This document shows, piece after piece, positions 52,219 through 64,000 of a DNA stretch of 64,000 nucleotides. This stretch comes from Lingula anatina (taxonomy: Eukaryota; Animalia; Brachiopoda), in NCBI GenBank assembly GCA_051362555.1, contig CM120640.1, forward strand, positions 13,020,001-13,084,000. Reading direction: 5' to 3'. The first letter of the stretch is position 1. Each line of letters starts with the position of its first letter. The position numbers and the translations under genes were made by a program. The notes beneath the pieces are model-generated. The model searched no databases. It saw nothing but the letters and a program-made list of their open reading frames with translations, and had not been told where the DNA came from.

Positions 52219-55200
52219 CAGCATATCAAAATGAAAGAATTATTAGCATGGGTGTTTAACATTGTTTTTTACTTGGACTCCCTGTGAAATCATCTTCTTG
52301 ATTTGGTTGCAGTGTGTGGTTTCTTAGTCTTGCCTCTTTTCTTGCTCATTTCCAGGGCATCAATAATTTACAAAAATACAGTGCATACCGAGAGGTGCTC
52401 TCTGCATCTCGGTATCGCCAGCGGGGCCTAGATAATCGGTTGTACATCTTTGATGATTCTAAAGCTGACAAATTGACTATTAACTTTGGGACATCATCAT
52501 TGGGAAATGAGGTGAAAGAGCTAGCCCCTGTTGGGAGTGAGGTGTTTAAACCCACAAAACACCTGCCATTAAGAGTAAAGGACTTGGAGAACACATTAAC
52601 TGGGGGCTCCTCTACGACCTCTGTCATGTCTTCAGCCACTGTGTCTGTACCTGCTCCACCAGGGCAGCAGAATGCTGACCAGAACACAGGGCAGCAAACT
52701 GAAAATGACATTGAGAATGACAAAGAGGAAAGCTATGTGGCAACCAGTATTGCAGCAGTTAGTCAGGAGGTCAGTAGTGACCAGGGGCTTTTTGTAGCTA
52801 TTAGATCATTGCACAAGCACTCTAGATAGTCACTGCTGTGTTTAAAAATCAAATACTAGTCTTAGGTGCAGGCACATGATTAGAATGTTCTTTCTGAACA
52901 GAAAAAGTAGTTGCTTGGTTCTCACGTATAAATGTCTCAGAAAGAGAACGGACAGCAGTCACTCATATCCTAGCTGCTTTGTGGACAGACATGATATCAG
53001 AAACAGGCTACATGTACATACAGTACAGGACAGACTGACATGGATTAATACATACTGAATACTGGTAAAGACTCACAAGGTAGATATAAATTATGCTTAC
53101 ACTAGGTAGACATAGATACAGCTCACGTTATATATACAGGGTATGTAGCTTGTGACATAGAAGTCCAAAGAGATCATCTGCAGTGGTTATATGCATTGTA
53201 GATGTACACATGGACATGGACTCCAATCCAATGTAGACATTTTTTTAATAAGCCAAAGTTGACAAACACTTAAGTTACAAAAAAGTGTAATTACTAATGT
53301 AGAGAAGCAAACAATAACTCATATTTGCAATCTAGGTAGAAAGACCATCAGTAGGCCTAACATGTAGGTAGAAAAGTGTGGATCTGCCGCTAATATTAAC
53401 AGAAAACCTTGCCAAGTAGATAGCTATACAGTTTTTATGTATTATTTTTTTCAATTGGTGGACAATGTTAAATGAATAATATGTCTTAAAGAGGGTAGGG
53501 TTTAAGGGATAACTTCTGTCACTATACTATTCTGAAAGGTTGGTATAACATTTTATTGTAATACACTGTAACAATGGCTTGCATTTTCTGCACAAATTGT
53601 CAGTTATTTGATGTGCCATAACTTATTAATTGTCCAGTTAACAACTCACATCATTAAGAAGCATGTTTGTTCAGTGTAATATCGTAGCGCCATAGAAGTA
53701 CAATAAACATGCCTGTCTTTTGTATCCCAACAGCATGATGATTTTGTGACCCGCGCCTCTCACTTACAAGAAAGCCCTCTTGCCGCCTTTAACCACAATC
53801 CATACACCCCTGCCTTCGGTACCTTACAGACGTTCTCTGGGCGCCCACTGCAGCACCCCATGCAGGGCATCATCACACAGCCAGGGAGTGTAACACAGTG
53901 GCAGATCCCCAGGGGGAGGAATACCAGCCTGGGGCAGCTCAGTGATACTCGGGGTGTCCCCCTACAGGTACTGCTGAGAACAGACCAGCTCAGTGTTCCT
54001 TTTCATCTTGCTTGCTGCATGTTTTAACTTAAAGATTGATGATTATTATCTTGTCTTAGTTTTCTACTTCTCTTTGTTGATTATTGTCCATGCTGCATTT
54101 AGACAGATGTCCTGTATTTTCTATGAAGTTTTCACTGAGATGTGGTGATTATTCCTGATACAAATGTTTAAAGATGTACAGATTGTTTGCTTTGGTAAAT
54201 CCTGATACAAATGTTTAAAGATGTACAGATTGTTTTCTTTGGTAAATCCTGATACAAATGTTTAAAGATGTACAGATTGTTTTCTTTGGTAAATCCTGAT
54301 ACAAATGTTTAAAGATGTACAGATTGTTTTCTTTGGTAAATCCCACGCATTAAAAACTATCCTAGAACAACACTGCTAATAAATCTTACAAGTAATTTAT
54401 GTCATTCTTTGTTTCTCTTTGTTATAAGTTTTTTTCTTTATTTATCACAGAGAGCCAAAATCCAGAACAAGAAGCCCATAGGCTCTGGTTATGGCAGCTC
54501 CTACAGTAACAGCACCTCGGGGGTGTACTCAGACAGTGACTACAAGTACTCCCCAGAGACTGACCCCAGGGGTCTGATGAGGGGGCCTTACAGTGACCTG
54601 ACACAGCGAAGGACGCTCAGTGCTGCCACCACACACTCCTCACATGCCAGTACTAGGAAAGATGCGGGTAAGCACATTTGAGGTTTTTGTTTCATTTTAT
54701 TAATTTCTTGCGACTTTCATTTCTTTAGCAAAATTAACTGTTAAATTTTGTGATTGTGGGCTTGACATACATATTGCGAAATGTAGTTCAAGTCACTTCA
54801 GCAGTTTAAAATATGTTTAAATGGTCCCTTAGAATACATATGGTTGATTGGGCCTTATTAGAATGTGAATATGTAATACTGAAATGTTGGGGTGTCTGGT
54901 TAGGATGATTTAAGACAGTTTTCCACAGAAAAAAGAAATAGCTGTAGGCACACTAATCAATATCATTTGGTCAGTTAAAAAAATAGCAAAATAGCACTAT
55001 TATAATGTATTAATTGCCAGAAGTTTATAAAGTATGAGTTCAGGTTTGTAAGTGTGGCAATAGAAAAGGAAGAAATATACTTTTGTCTGGGGCCTTGCCT
55101 AGAATGCAGTGCAATACAGTGACTGCAACATAACTAGACATGTATCTCCTTGTCCTGCAGTGCTTCTCCAGTCCTATAGGGTCAGAGAAAGAGGTAAGGT

Positions 55201-57408
55201 GGTCAAAGCTGACCTAACACAGGTGCAGAGCTTCATTATTATTATTATTATACAGGTGTCACAGTTCTTAGAGTATACAATAGGCATGGCCTCATCTTAT
55301 AAGCTTGTTGCTTGTGGCAAGATAATCTCTGGATTGCATGTGATTTTTCATATTCAAATGCATGTATTCATTACTTTGAACATGAACAATAGTTAATATT
55401 TCTACAACTTCACAGTGAGTTTTTTCTTTTATGAAAATAAATGCTTGGCTTTGACTATGATTGATTGGGGTGAAAGATTTTAGCTATTTGTGACTTTAAC
55501 ATTTTTGAAACTTGCTCTAAACTTAATTTATGACGATGCATGTTTATATTGGCAAGATGCCTTAGAACTTACTGCGTAGAGGTAAATAGGTTGATTTTTT
55601 TGAAGATGAATTTGCATGTCTTGCATGATTGTACAACGGATTTTGTGTGTGCTTAACCGTAACCCCAGCTGCATTACATAATTACATGCAGAATCCCAGG
55701 ACAGATAAATATTGGGGTTTTATATTTTCATTATGATATTTGGACGACAATCCAGTGATTTGTTTATGAACTTTGCTTGCTTTTCCTTATGTGTTTACTA
55801 AATTGCATGTTGCACATGGTGAATTGTTTAACTATCATGAAAGATTTTGCATGAAAAAAAATGCAATGGTGGATTATACTATATTATAGGTTTAATGATC
55901 AAATATTGTAAATTGAGAAGTATAACAACCTTACTTGCTATCATTATGTTGAAAGTCATTAACTCTAGATTAATGCTCAGTCTGATGTAAAAAGTGATTT
56001 TGTGATGTTTAAGACACATTTGATACTATAAGAATATGGTATGTCGGTCAGAGTGCTGCTAACTTCTTATCATACTTAGGCCTTGTCCTGCTAACGAAGA
56101 TAATGAAACTTCAACAGGCTCGAGATAATCGGTAAAACAGCAGAACACAATGCATGTGAACCCCTCCCCATCCCTTGTGCACCTTACAGCACAGTTTTCA
56201 TGGTAGATGTTGTGGGAGTGGCATGAGGTGTTATGTTGACTTTTCTTTTGTTTTTTCCTTTATTTACCCAGTAATTCAAAAGAAGCAAGAAAAAACAAAA
56301 GTGAAATCTGAAATTCAATAATTTCTCATTGTGTGTTTGCAGTTTGTTCAGAGAAAAAATGGATGTTCCAGAAATGTTATCAGCTAAATGGAATCTTTTC
56401 TGTGAAATGTATTATCTTGACAAATGAAAACATCCCAATGCACAATGGAGAATTGAGATTTGATCCCCTTATTCAAGCAATTCATTTCTTTAAGTTGGAT
56501 ATTGTCAGTGAGCTTTTATAATTGGGGTGATATTTGTGATAGTGATGTTTATTTCTTTGTTTTTCTTTATGTTTTTTATTTTTATTTTCTAAAACTAGTT
56601 ATAATGTATGGATATTTGTATGTGATTATAAGCTGACATTATAAGCCGACAAGCATCACTTGATACTTTGGCACTGGAATTTGCCAATGTAAACAGCAAT
56701 TCCCAAACTAGAATCTTATGATGTTTGTGATTTATGAAGGACTCCTACATGTGGCACTTAGCATGGATTTAGCTAGGATAAAATGCACCAAAATAGATTA
56801 GATTAGTTAATAGTGAAAATGTATGCTTCATATATTATGAATATATGTATGTAAGTATTTGAGTAGGTGATAAAAATAATTAGGGATAAAAAAAGTGTAT
56901 CAAAAGAGTAAAGCTTGCTCAACTTTGAGACATTTTTGAACTGGGGCTTTTTGCATGCAAGACTAATGCTGATTTGTTATTAACACTGTCTTAGCCATAG
57001 AAAAGATGAGTCAGTTTGCATCTGCAGCAGTAGCATGTCATTAATTTGCTTGGTTTATTTTCAGCCATAAACCCCAGTTTTAAGGGAGGTGCTGAACCTA
57101 TGCTAATGGGCCTCCCACTCCAGCCACAGCCACCCATGGGGCTGCCCTCAGCCTTCTCCTTCCCAGGGACCTCCAGAGTAACCCCCTATGCCGGACCCCA
57201 GGGGCTGTCTGTGGTGTCAGCGCCTGCACCTGTTGTCCAGAGGCCTGAACTCACAGGAAATAGAGCACAGAAAACATTGACTGCTCAGCAGAATGTGGAC
57301 TCAGTACCTGGGAGGTCCACCAGGTCACAGAGGATACGAGGAGCTTCTAATAACATGAGACTTAAACAGATGGAGATGAGAGAAAACCATGCCATTGTGT
57401 ACAGCTGA
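38651..57408 (+). CDS. TTLL6: Tubulin polyglutamylase, TTLL6/TTLL13 family
   Basis: Exons 38651-38861, 39919-40075, 41949-41989, 42165-42283, 42509-42639, 42894-43050, 43380-43523, 45277-45365, 45596-45821, 46201-46385, 49413-49601, 50240-50402, 51197-51409, (52356-52769), 53734-53967, 54451-54667, (55161-55193), 57065-57408. Motifs: WNLYWTD, QKINHFPGMSEICRKDLL, KPESGCQGKGI, KFDLRVY, MHLTNYAINK, CFEILGMD, LEVNHSPSFHTD, EEEELER. Tail exons are less certain. Confidence 0.93.
47355..47703 (+). pseudogene. YqaJ/lambda-exonuclease-like ORF remnants of the transposon
   Basis: RQWRITASRFGEII (about 47357-47398) and LKKTCKYYTQLEGQMFITNRPFCYFVVFT (ORF 47479-47703); the middle PD-(D/E)xK core is not seen and the frame is interrupted. 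Confidence 0.8.
47987..48540. repeat. Diverged direct duplication (about 250 bp, period about 310 bp) inside the transposon spacer
   Basis: atttggtttt...caagtaaaa...ttcttaaactgttacaaaaag...ccattggctgagaaattgca...caaataaattatctaa occurs twice. Confidence 0.8.
48690..49023 (-). pseudogene. THAP-domain and DDE_Tnp_4 transposase remnants
   Basis: MPQYCCVPECQSQQGGHNFPEDSGLRLK* (stop at the conserved THAP Trp position), followed directly by VNTPSMLKGQLQLDPGTVI / RRVASKRIHVERLIDLGKTYKVL...NFRRVV. Confidence 0.85.
54153..54343. repeat. Minisatellite, 4 x 47 bp
   Basis: cctgatacaaatgtttaaagatgtacagattgttt(g/t)ctttggtaaat at 54154, 54201, 54248 and 54295. Confidence 0.95.
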
Positions 57409-57726
57409 GTTTATAAGAACCATGTGAAAAACTCAATTTCTAAGCATCAGATTTCAATGAGATGGAGTCTTCACAATCACCTCAGAACTTGCCATTCTTT
57501 TATGATATGTACCTGTGGCCTCACCTGTTACCATGGTTTATGAAGGAAGATGGAGCTACATCCCGTTGACACTGTTTCTATGTTTTTTTATACTGAAGCA
57601 AAGACATTGTTTGCTGTTGTTGACTTTATCAAAATGAAAGTGAAGTGCATTAAAGAAACAGTTTTGTAAGAAGCATTTGGAATACTTGGATGTGTTCACG
57701 AGAGACTGAGTGTGTGGGTGCGCACA

Positions 57727-57758
<32 letters not shown>

Positions 57759-60700
57759 GGAGAGAGATAAAAATCTGTGCTACCTTTGAAAGAAATTTTA
57801 TCATGGTTATAATGCCAGTGTCTTATCAATGTCATGTGATTAAACCTCATTCATTATTACACAGCTTTTCTAACTATTCACAATTAGCATATACTTACAT
57901 ATATTATTGTAGGACAGAATTTTTCCTATGTAGCTGATATCCGTCCGGAGTTTGTCCTCATAAGGGCTTTCAATTTTATGTTTAAAGATGAAATTATCTT
58001 CTTTTGATATATGTAATTATGTTGATTTTGTTTAAAGCTTAAACATTATCATACCAGTATTACAGCTCATATTTATGGATATTTTTTCAGATCTTTATAT
58101 GATTTGATGCAATTATGAATGCTCAATTAACAGTTTATTCTTGAATTGAAAAGAAATGTAACACGATGAGAATAAGTTCAAGTTTTTTTAGTTAAAATTT
58201 AGTTGCAGTAAAGCTTCAAATGTTTTTCTTGTTTTCTTAGGCACTATTAATAGATATGATTATAAGTATTGTTTCTTAGAGAAAGAAACTAAAGCTATGT
58301 AAATATTAATAAATCAATTCACCTTTTCCTCACATTTTAAGGAGTATTTATTTCTACATAATTATTCTTAATGTGTATTATTTTCCAAATGTTTTTGAAT
58401 GCTTTAAATCCCTCTTAATAAAAAAGTATAACAGTTTTTATGTAGTTATCCTTGAATTTTCCTTTGAATCTGGACAATTGACTGCTGAATTTCATTAATG
58501 GACAGCTGTGAAAAAGAAGACATACAATGAAGGTCATATTTAGGAAAGCTACTCTTGGGACATAAACTTAAAACATAAGAAGCCCTAAATTTTGCCAGTT
58601 GCAAAATTTACAGAGCAGTCTATACATTGACTGTTGTTTTACATCAACAGTATAGAGGTGATGGTATTGGAAGTTCAGTACTTGAAAATTGATCTCAACC
58701 TTCCAGAAAATTGTTTCTTTTTATTCAATCTCTTAAACTTTTGATCATGCAGCAAAAATATTTTAAAAATCACATCCTTGTTAACATACCTTTTACTTAT
58801 TTATTTATTCTTAAAAATTGCTATCCAAAGAAACATGTTACCTTATGCCCTCCAATTGGCGGCAATTTGGTTCAATTAACAAACTAAAAGAAGCCTGACA
58901 TCTCATCGACTTTAAATCCAGGGATGCGCTGAAATTTTACACCAAAGGAAAACCCGAGTCAACAAGTTCTTTCAAGGATGGGTGCGCAAGCTACCCCAGC
59001 AGTCTTCTGCTGTTAACAAGTACTTTGTCAACATATTGACTTGAATGGCAGCATTGATTACTTGCTGTGTGTAGGGTTGACTTACAGGTGTGAATTGACT
59101 GGGTTTTGTCTCTGGCCAGGAAGTAGTGCACTGTCAAGTCGGCAGCAGGACCAGATTGTCATCACCCTCAGCCTCCTTGTGCTGATTAGCTTTTTCAAGG
59201 GAGTTTTGAAGAGGAAAAAAAACAATAGGTCGTGGTAGTGCATCCCCATGCACTAACGACCTTAAGCCAACTTTCAGAAGCGTCTGCAGCATATTACTAT
59301 CTGACATCTGATCTAATCAAAGTAATGATAAATAAGTGTCATGGGAAAGCTTGCATCTTTAAAATTCCATCTGATATTTTAAACACATCACTTATCCCTG
59401 CATTGTTAAATGCTGGTGAAATTTTGCAGTTCATATAACTATATTGAAAAAAATTAAAAATTCCCCACTATTTGAGACAATCTTTGGCCATGAGACAACA
59501 TTATACCACATGCAACCAGCAACAACCTAACAGACAGTAAGATAGAACCTATTGATTCCCAACATACAAATGATACACCATAATTATCATGTTCAAGGCA
59601 CTTGTGAAGCAAAATGTGTGGAAAATTCTCAGTTTGCCTTCTTAATCAACTGACAAGGTCTCATAATCAGAGAGGTGTACATATTTTTTTCATCATCTTT
59701 CCATTGCATTGAAAAGTTTGATTCCTTTTTCTTGTTAAAATTAAGAAAATTAAGCAATATCCAACATCCAACTTCAATTGAAATATGTTCTGGTGGTCTA
59801 TGTTAAAAGTTGCTGTCTAAATTGTGACGTAATGTAAATCCAAAAGTAAACAATTCTCAACTCAATACACCAATGCTACTAGGGTAATTGAAAATCTGTA
59901 ATATAATATCTTCATCAAGTTTGTGACCCTGCTCTGCCATCTATCAATTTCCTTACTTCATTTACCAATATTTTAACAGGTGGACCTTTTATCACACGAC
60001 ATAATGCACTATTGCCAAGTGCATAATACTCCTCTGGTCTAGTAAGCATCCAGGAAATTACACGGTATATAAAATAATGTGACACTACCAGCATCTTAAG
60101 AAATCATTAGACACATCTGCACTTGAACCAGTTTAAGATGAGCATTTATGTACACTTTCAGGAAAAAAAGGTGGCTTCCACGCTGTATGATAATTAATCC
60201 TCTTGAATTTTTATTTCATGGCTTGCATCACTTTACAGTATATGGGCTGAATTGTTGGTACAAAATACTCCATAAAAACTTTAACCTTACCTTATCAGTG
60301 AGAAAATGCCATTTAATGCCTTTATCAGACTTTCATCATTTCAGTTTTTCCCATTGAAATTCATTACTATCTCTAACCTTTGAAAATCCCTGAGCGTGAT
60401 CTGGAATTTCAATGCGTTTTTTTTACAACCAATGAAGTTCAAGTGTCAAGAACGGTATATTTAAATCATATAATGCTTTTTAGTCACAAACTTAATTAAA
60501 ATACAAAAATTTACACTATGCCTTAAACTTATGAAGCAAGGATAGATTCCCTGTAAGGAATATAAACCACATCTACTAGTTTCTTATACTACTCAAATCA
60601 AGTTGATGTACCAAAAGGTAAACCAAATTAATCTCTTGGTCAGCCAAAGAATAACTTCAAAACTGCACCTTCTTCAAATTTCTTGTCACTCAACCTATTA

Positions 60701-62023
60701 ATCTGTCCCTCCAGTTCTTTAAAGTCCAACAAATGATGTAGTAAATATTCAAATGAGCATTGGCAGAAATGGTTGAGGGATATACTTATAAATATATAGC
60801 ACAAAAAAAAAGTAAAAAAAAAAATTTAATATTTTTTCTTTTTACTTTGGTATTTCTTTAAGTTATGCTATTTGAAGCTACGTGATAGTGTTTGGTTAGG
60901 TTTAGTAGCAAAGATTTGACTTAATATGTAACTTGAAGTTCCTTTATGAGTTCATAACTTTGCACAACCATTTTCATATATAGTAAATCTTGCATGGTAT
61001 AGTAATTTCTTTTCACTTTTTCATTTGATCTTTTCCCACTTATATACTTCTGGAGGTAACACACTTCCACTTTTTGCTAAATATTTTTATTCATAATGAA
61101 GTAAACCATCTGAATAAACTTATTACATTTGGTTTCAGTGGTGAGTAATACAAAAACAAACACAGGTCTTTAAGAACACACAAGATGTATATTTGTGTAC
61201 AAATCTTATATACATTTATAAATGTACACCATATATAAAACATTTACAAGATGAAAAAATATTCTTTTAAGGTTAATGATAGTGAATTTGCATGTAACTT
61301 TAAAAAACCCACAAATAAGTCAAACATGCCCTCCATGTTTGAAGGATGTAGAAAACTTTGATTTTGAATATCTGCTGGCTTCACTATTCCAAAAAAATAT
61401 TTCCTCAATTTTATTGAAAAAATTGAATCACTGAGATTCCCCTTTGGCATTACACTTCAAATCTAAATTGCTCACCAACAGATGAAGATGATACTGATCT
61501 CGTCTTGCCATGTGAACCATTGGCAATTTGGCATTTCTGTACAAAAAGAGAACATGCTTTCTATCAAGATAACAGTGAATTTTTTTCTCTACTTAAAAAA
61601 ACCTAACGTACCTAAAAACCCTTAACGCTAGAATTTTGATACTTGCACAAAACATCTGATAAAGCCATGTGGCTACTGAACCAATGTAACAAAACACTTT
61701 GTGAATGCCAACATATTGGAAGATTAAAAGAAATCACATTTTTCATTTAAAAAACGTAATTTGAAGAATGCCAGATACATATATGTATCTAACTGAACAA
61801 CTGAAAAACAGTTTATAACTCTTAGTTATTTCAATCTGCCATGTAAACATGCCTGAACACTTTTGATTAAATCAGCAATTCCTCCATCATAAAAACAACA
61901 AAAACAAAAATATGCATATTTTTCATTACAAAGTCTTTAAAGAATGACATAAACATGGTTTGATTTTTACCACATTTCTTTTTTTTTAACCATTGGTGTA
62001 AAAGTGCAACTGCAGTCTTTTCA

Positions 62024-62560
62024 TTAAGGTTTCATCTTAACCAGTGGTATATTCTTTGAAGTTAGACACTTATCACACACCCACTCAGCATATACCTCAT
62101 GTGTTAACATTTGGTAGGCTGCCTCTGTTAGTCCTGTACATATACGATGAAACCAAAAGTTACATCCACTTTCACATAAAATTGCTTGGTCATTGTCATG
62201 TACCTCTTTGTGGCAGATTCCACATGGATAAATAGGTGGCGCATTGGGGTTGGAAGGGTTGAACACCATTGGTTGATTTGGAGGGTACACTTTTTGTGCG
62301 TTAGGACCACTTGGGTGCGGTCCACCAGGGTGAGGTCCCTGAGGACCATGAGGGGGTGGCATCTTATTCATCATGTTACGGTGCTGGATCTGTTGTTGAA
62401 GTTGTTGCTGTTTTTGTTGCTGCTGCTGATGCTGTGATGATGTGATATTCAACTGTTGCTGCGGCGGAGGAGGGTCGTCAAAAGGGTTCCCTGCCACTAT
62501 GGTTTCACCTCCTGGTAGAAGGGATGGGGGAACCAGATCTGGAAGGCTGTTTGGGCTTGG
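62024..62560 (-). CDS. PYGO: Pygopus, last coding exon (NHD plus PHD finger); upstream exon(s) not identified, probably beyond the right edge
   Basis: tttcag|PSPNSLPDLVPPSLLPGGETIVAGNPFDD, a polyQ/Pro linker, then YPCGICHKEVHDNDQAILCESGCNFWFHRICTGLTEAAYQML...EWVCDKC, stop at 62024. Confidence 0.96.
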   Translation of the reverse strand, partial: PSPNSLPDLVPPSLLPGGETIVAGNPFDDPPPPQQQLNITSSQHQQQQQKQQQLQQQIQHRNMMNKMPPPHGPQGPHPGGPHPSGPNAQKVYPPNQPMVFNPSNPNAPPIYPCGICHKEVHDNDQAILCESGCNFWFHRICTGLTEAAYQMLTHEVYAEWVCDKCLTSKNIPLVKMKP

Positions 62561-64000
62561 CTGAAAAAATAATAATAAAAATAATAATAATAATAAACAG
62601 TTTCTAGAGAACTAAATTGTTTTGGTTGCAAAGTTACAGACTCTCAAGATACTACAGAGTTCACTTCGATGTTACAATGTTATTCGGAACGACTTCATAC
62701 AGCATACTGGAAGAAATTACACAATCTTTCTTAAACATTTTTTCTTTAAATTTCATAAGATACAACCATTAATTTAGATGATTACATGAATGTCTGATAT
62801 ATCCTGATGGAAACCATTAGTAAGATACTGCCACTCATTTTTGTTCAGAGATTGTGATAAGCATGACAGTATCTAAGAAATAGAAAATCAATAGGGATTT
62901 TTTATTTTGTGAATGCAATACAACACGCCTAACTTGAACTGAAAAGGAACTCCAGAACCTGCATTTTTTAATCAATACAGTAAATAGCAATGTTTTTAAG
63001 AAAACATACACTGGTCTTGCACGTTGCTATCCCTCACAAAAGAACATTATTCTCCTAAGTGCAATGTGGTATTCTAAATATCATCTCATCTTCTGCCACA
63101 CCAGACTGTAATCCTTGAACTTTTCTCAATTGTAAGTGAAAAAGCCAAACTTGCACAATATATGAAACCATCAATTCTTTTCATGCAACTGTTGCAAATA
63201 AAAGTCAAAGCATCCCACCCTTTCATACAATACTGCAGAGGTTTTTGTGCCACAGTTAAACAACAAATCCCTTTGAAACTGTAGTTCAACAAAGACCTGA
63301 CACCAACATTTCAATCTCTTCAAACGGAAAAGTAGGTCGCATTTTTTCTTTCCCTTATTTTCAATCAATGACACGGTTGAGATGCTAGACACTTAGGCAG
63401 CTGGAATTCACTCTGGTGGTTTAACTGTACAGCTACCAATGGGAGTTGAAATTGGAGATTGACTTCAAATTCAATGAGACAAGAGGGCTTCCAGTCAGGG
63501 AACAAAGATCTCCATCTGGACAGATATAGGATAAAGCACAAACAGTCTGGAACCAAGGGCAATGAAGGACGCTGAAGACTCAATCAATACACACACATTC
63601 TTTACAATCTAGGGTGGGGCCCTTTTTGGGGAAAAGGGTAAAAAAATACTCATTATTTATTTACAATAAGGAGATATATATACAAAAAGATCTAATTTAA
63701 TTGTAAAATTCAAAGCAGTAAAAACGGAATTTCTCTATTTCACTCTCTTTTTTTGTATGATAAAAGTGAGCCATAGAAAGAGATGCCAGTGATTCAAAAG
63801 AAACAGAACCTCATAAAGGGATGAACAGGTATAAGCATCACCACATCCAAATGAGTAAAAATCAATAACAAGAAAATCAATAACATAAAACAATAAGATA
63901 ATAAACCAACAAACGAAAACATTCCTGCAAAACAGAATGCCCTTAAAAGTAACGGACAATCCAACAGCCAATTTGATTTGCCTCAAAGGATGTTAATAAA

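Noticed and set aside
57710-57757. ORFs with CV/HT repeats
   Set aside because: Produced by a (GT)n microsatellite downstream of the TTLL6 stop codon.

Overview
AT-rich, intron-rich animal genomic DNA. The tropomyosin sequence looks lophotrochozoan (mollusc/brachiopod/annelid-like), but the species cannot be determined. Spliced genes reconstructed by hand from GT-AG junctions and exon phases, left to right: (1) the 5' half of a complex tropomyosin gene (-), with three alternative first exons (canonical 1a+2, short-form 1b, and a 199-codon low-complexity exon resembling the atypical kinesin-binding Drosophila Tm1-I/C) and at least four tandem 118-nt copies of exon 4; (2) SNAPC3 (-); (3) a small intron-containing DUF1761-like membrane-protein gene (+) with a duplicated alternative last exon; (4) THOC3 (-), head-to-head with (5) PMF1/Nnf1 (+); (6) a BMP type-I-receptor-like gene (+) with a 10-Cys ectodomain and TM helix but no kinase; (7) a TTLL6/13-type polyglutamylase (+) that carries an internally deleted ISL2EU transposon (THAP, DDE and YqaJ remnants) in an intron and a dense UGCAUG cluster around tail exons; (8) the last exon of pygopus (-). 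Also present are two abutting Harbinger-type MITEs, a Helentron-like element and several tandem repeats. All family assignments come from motif recognition, not database searches.
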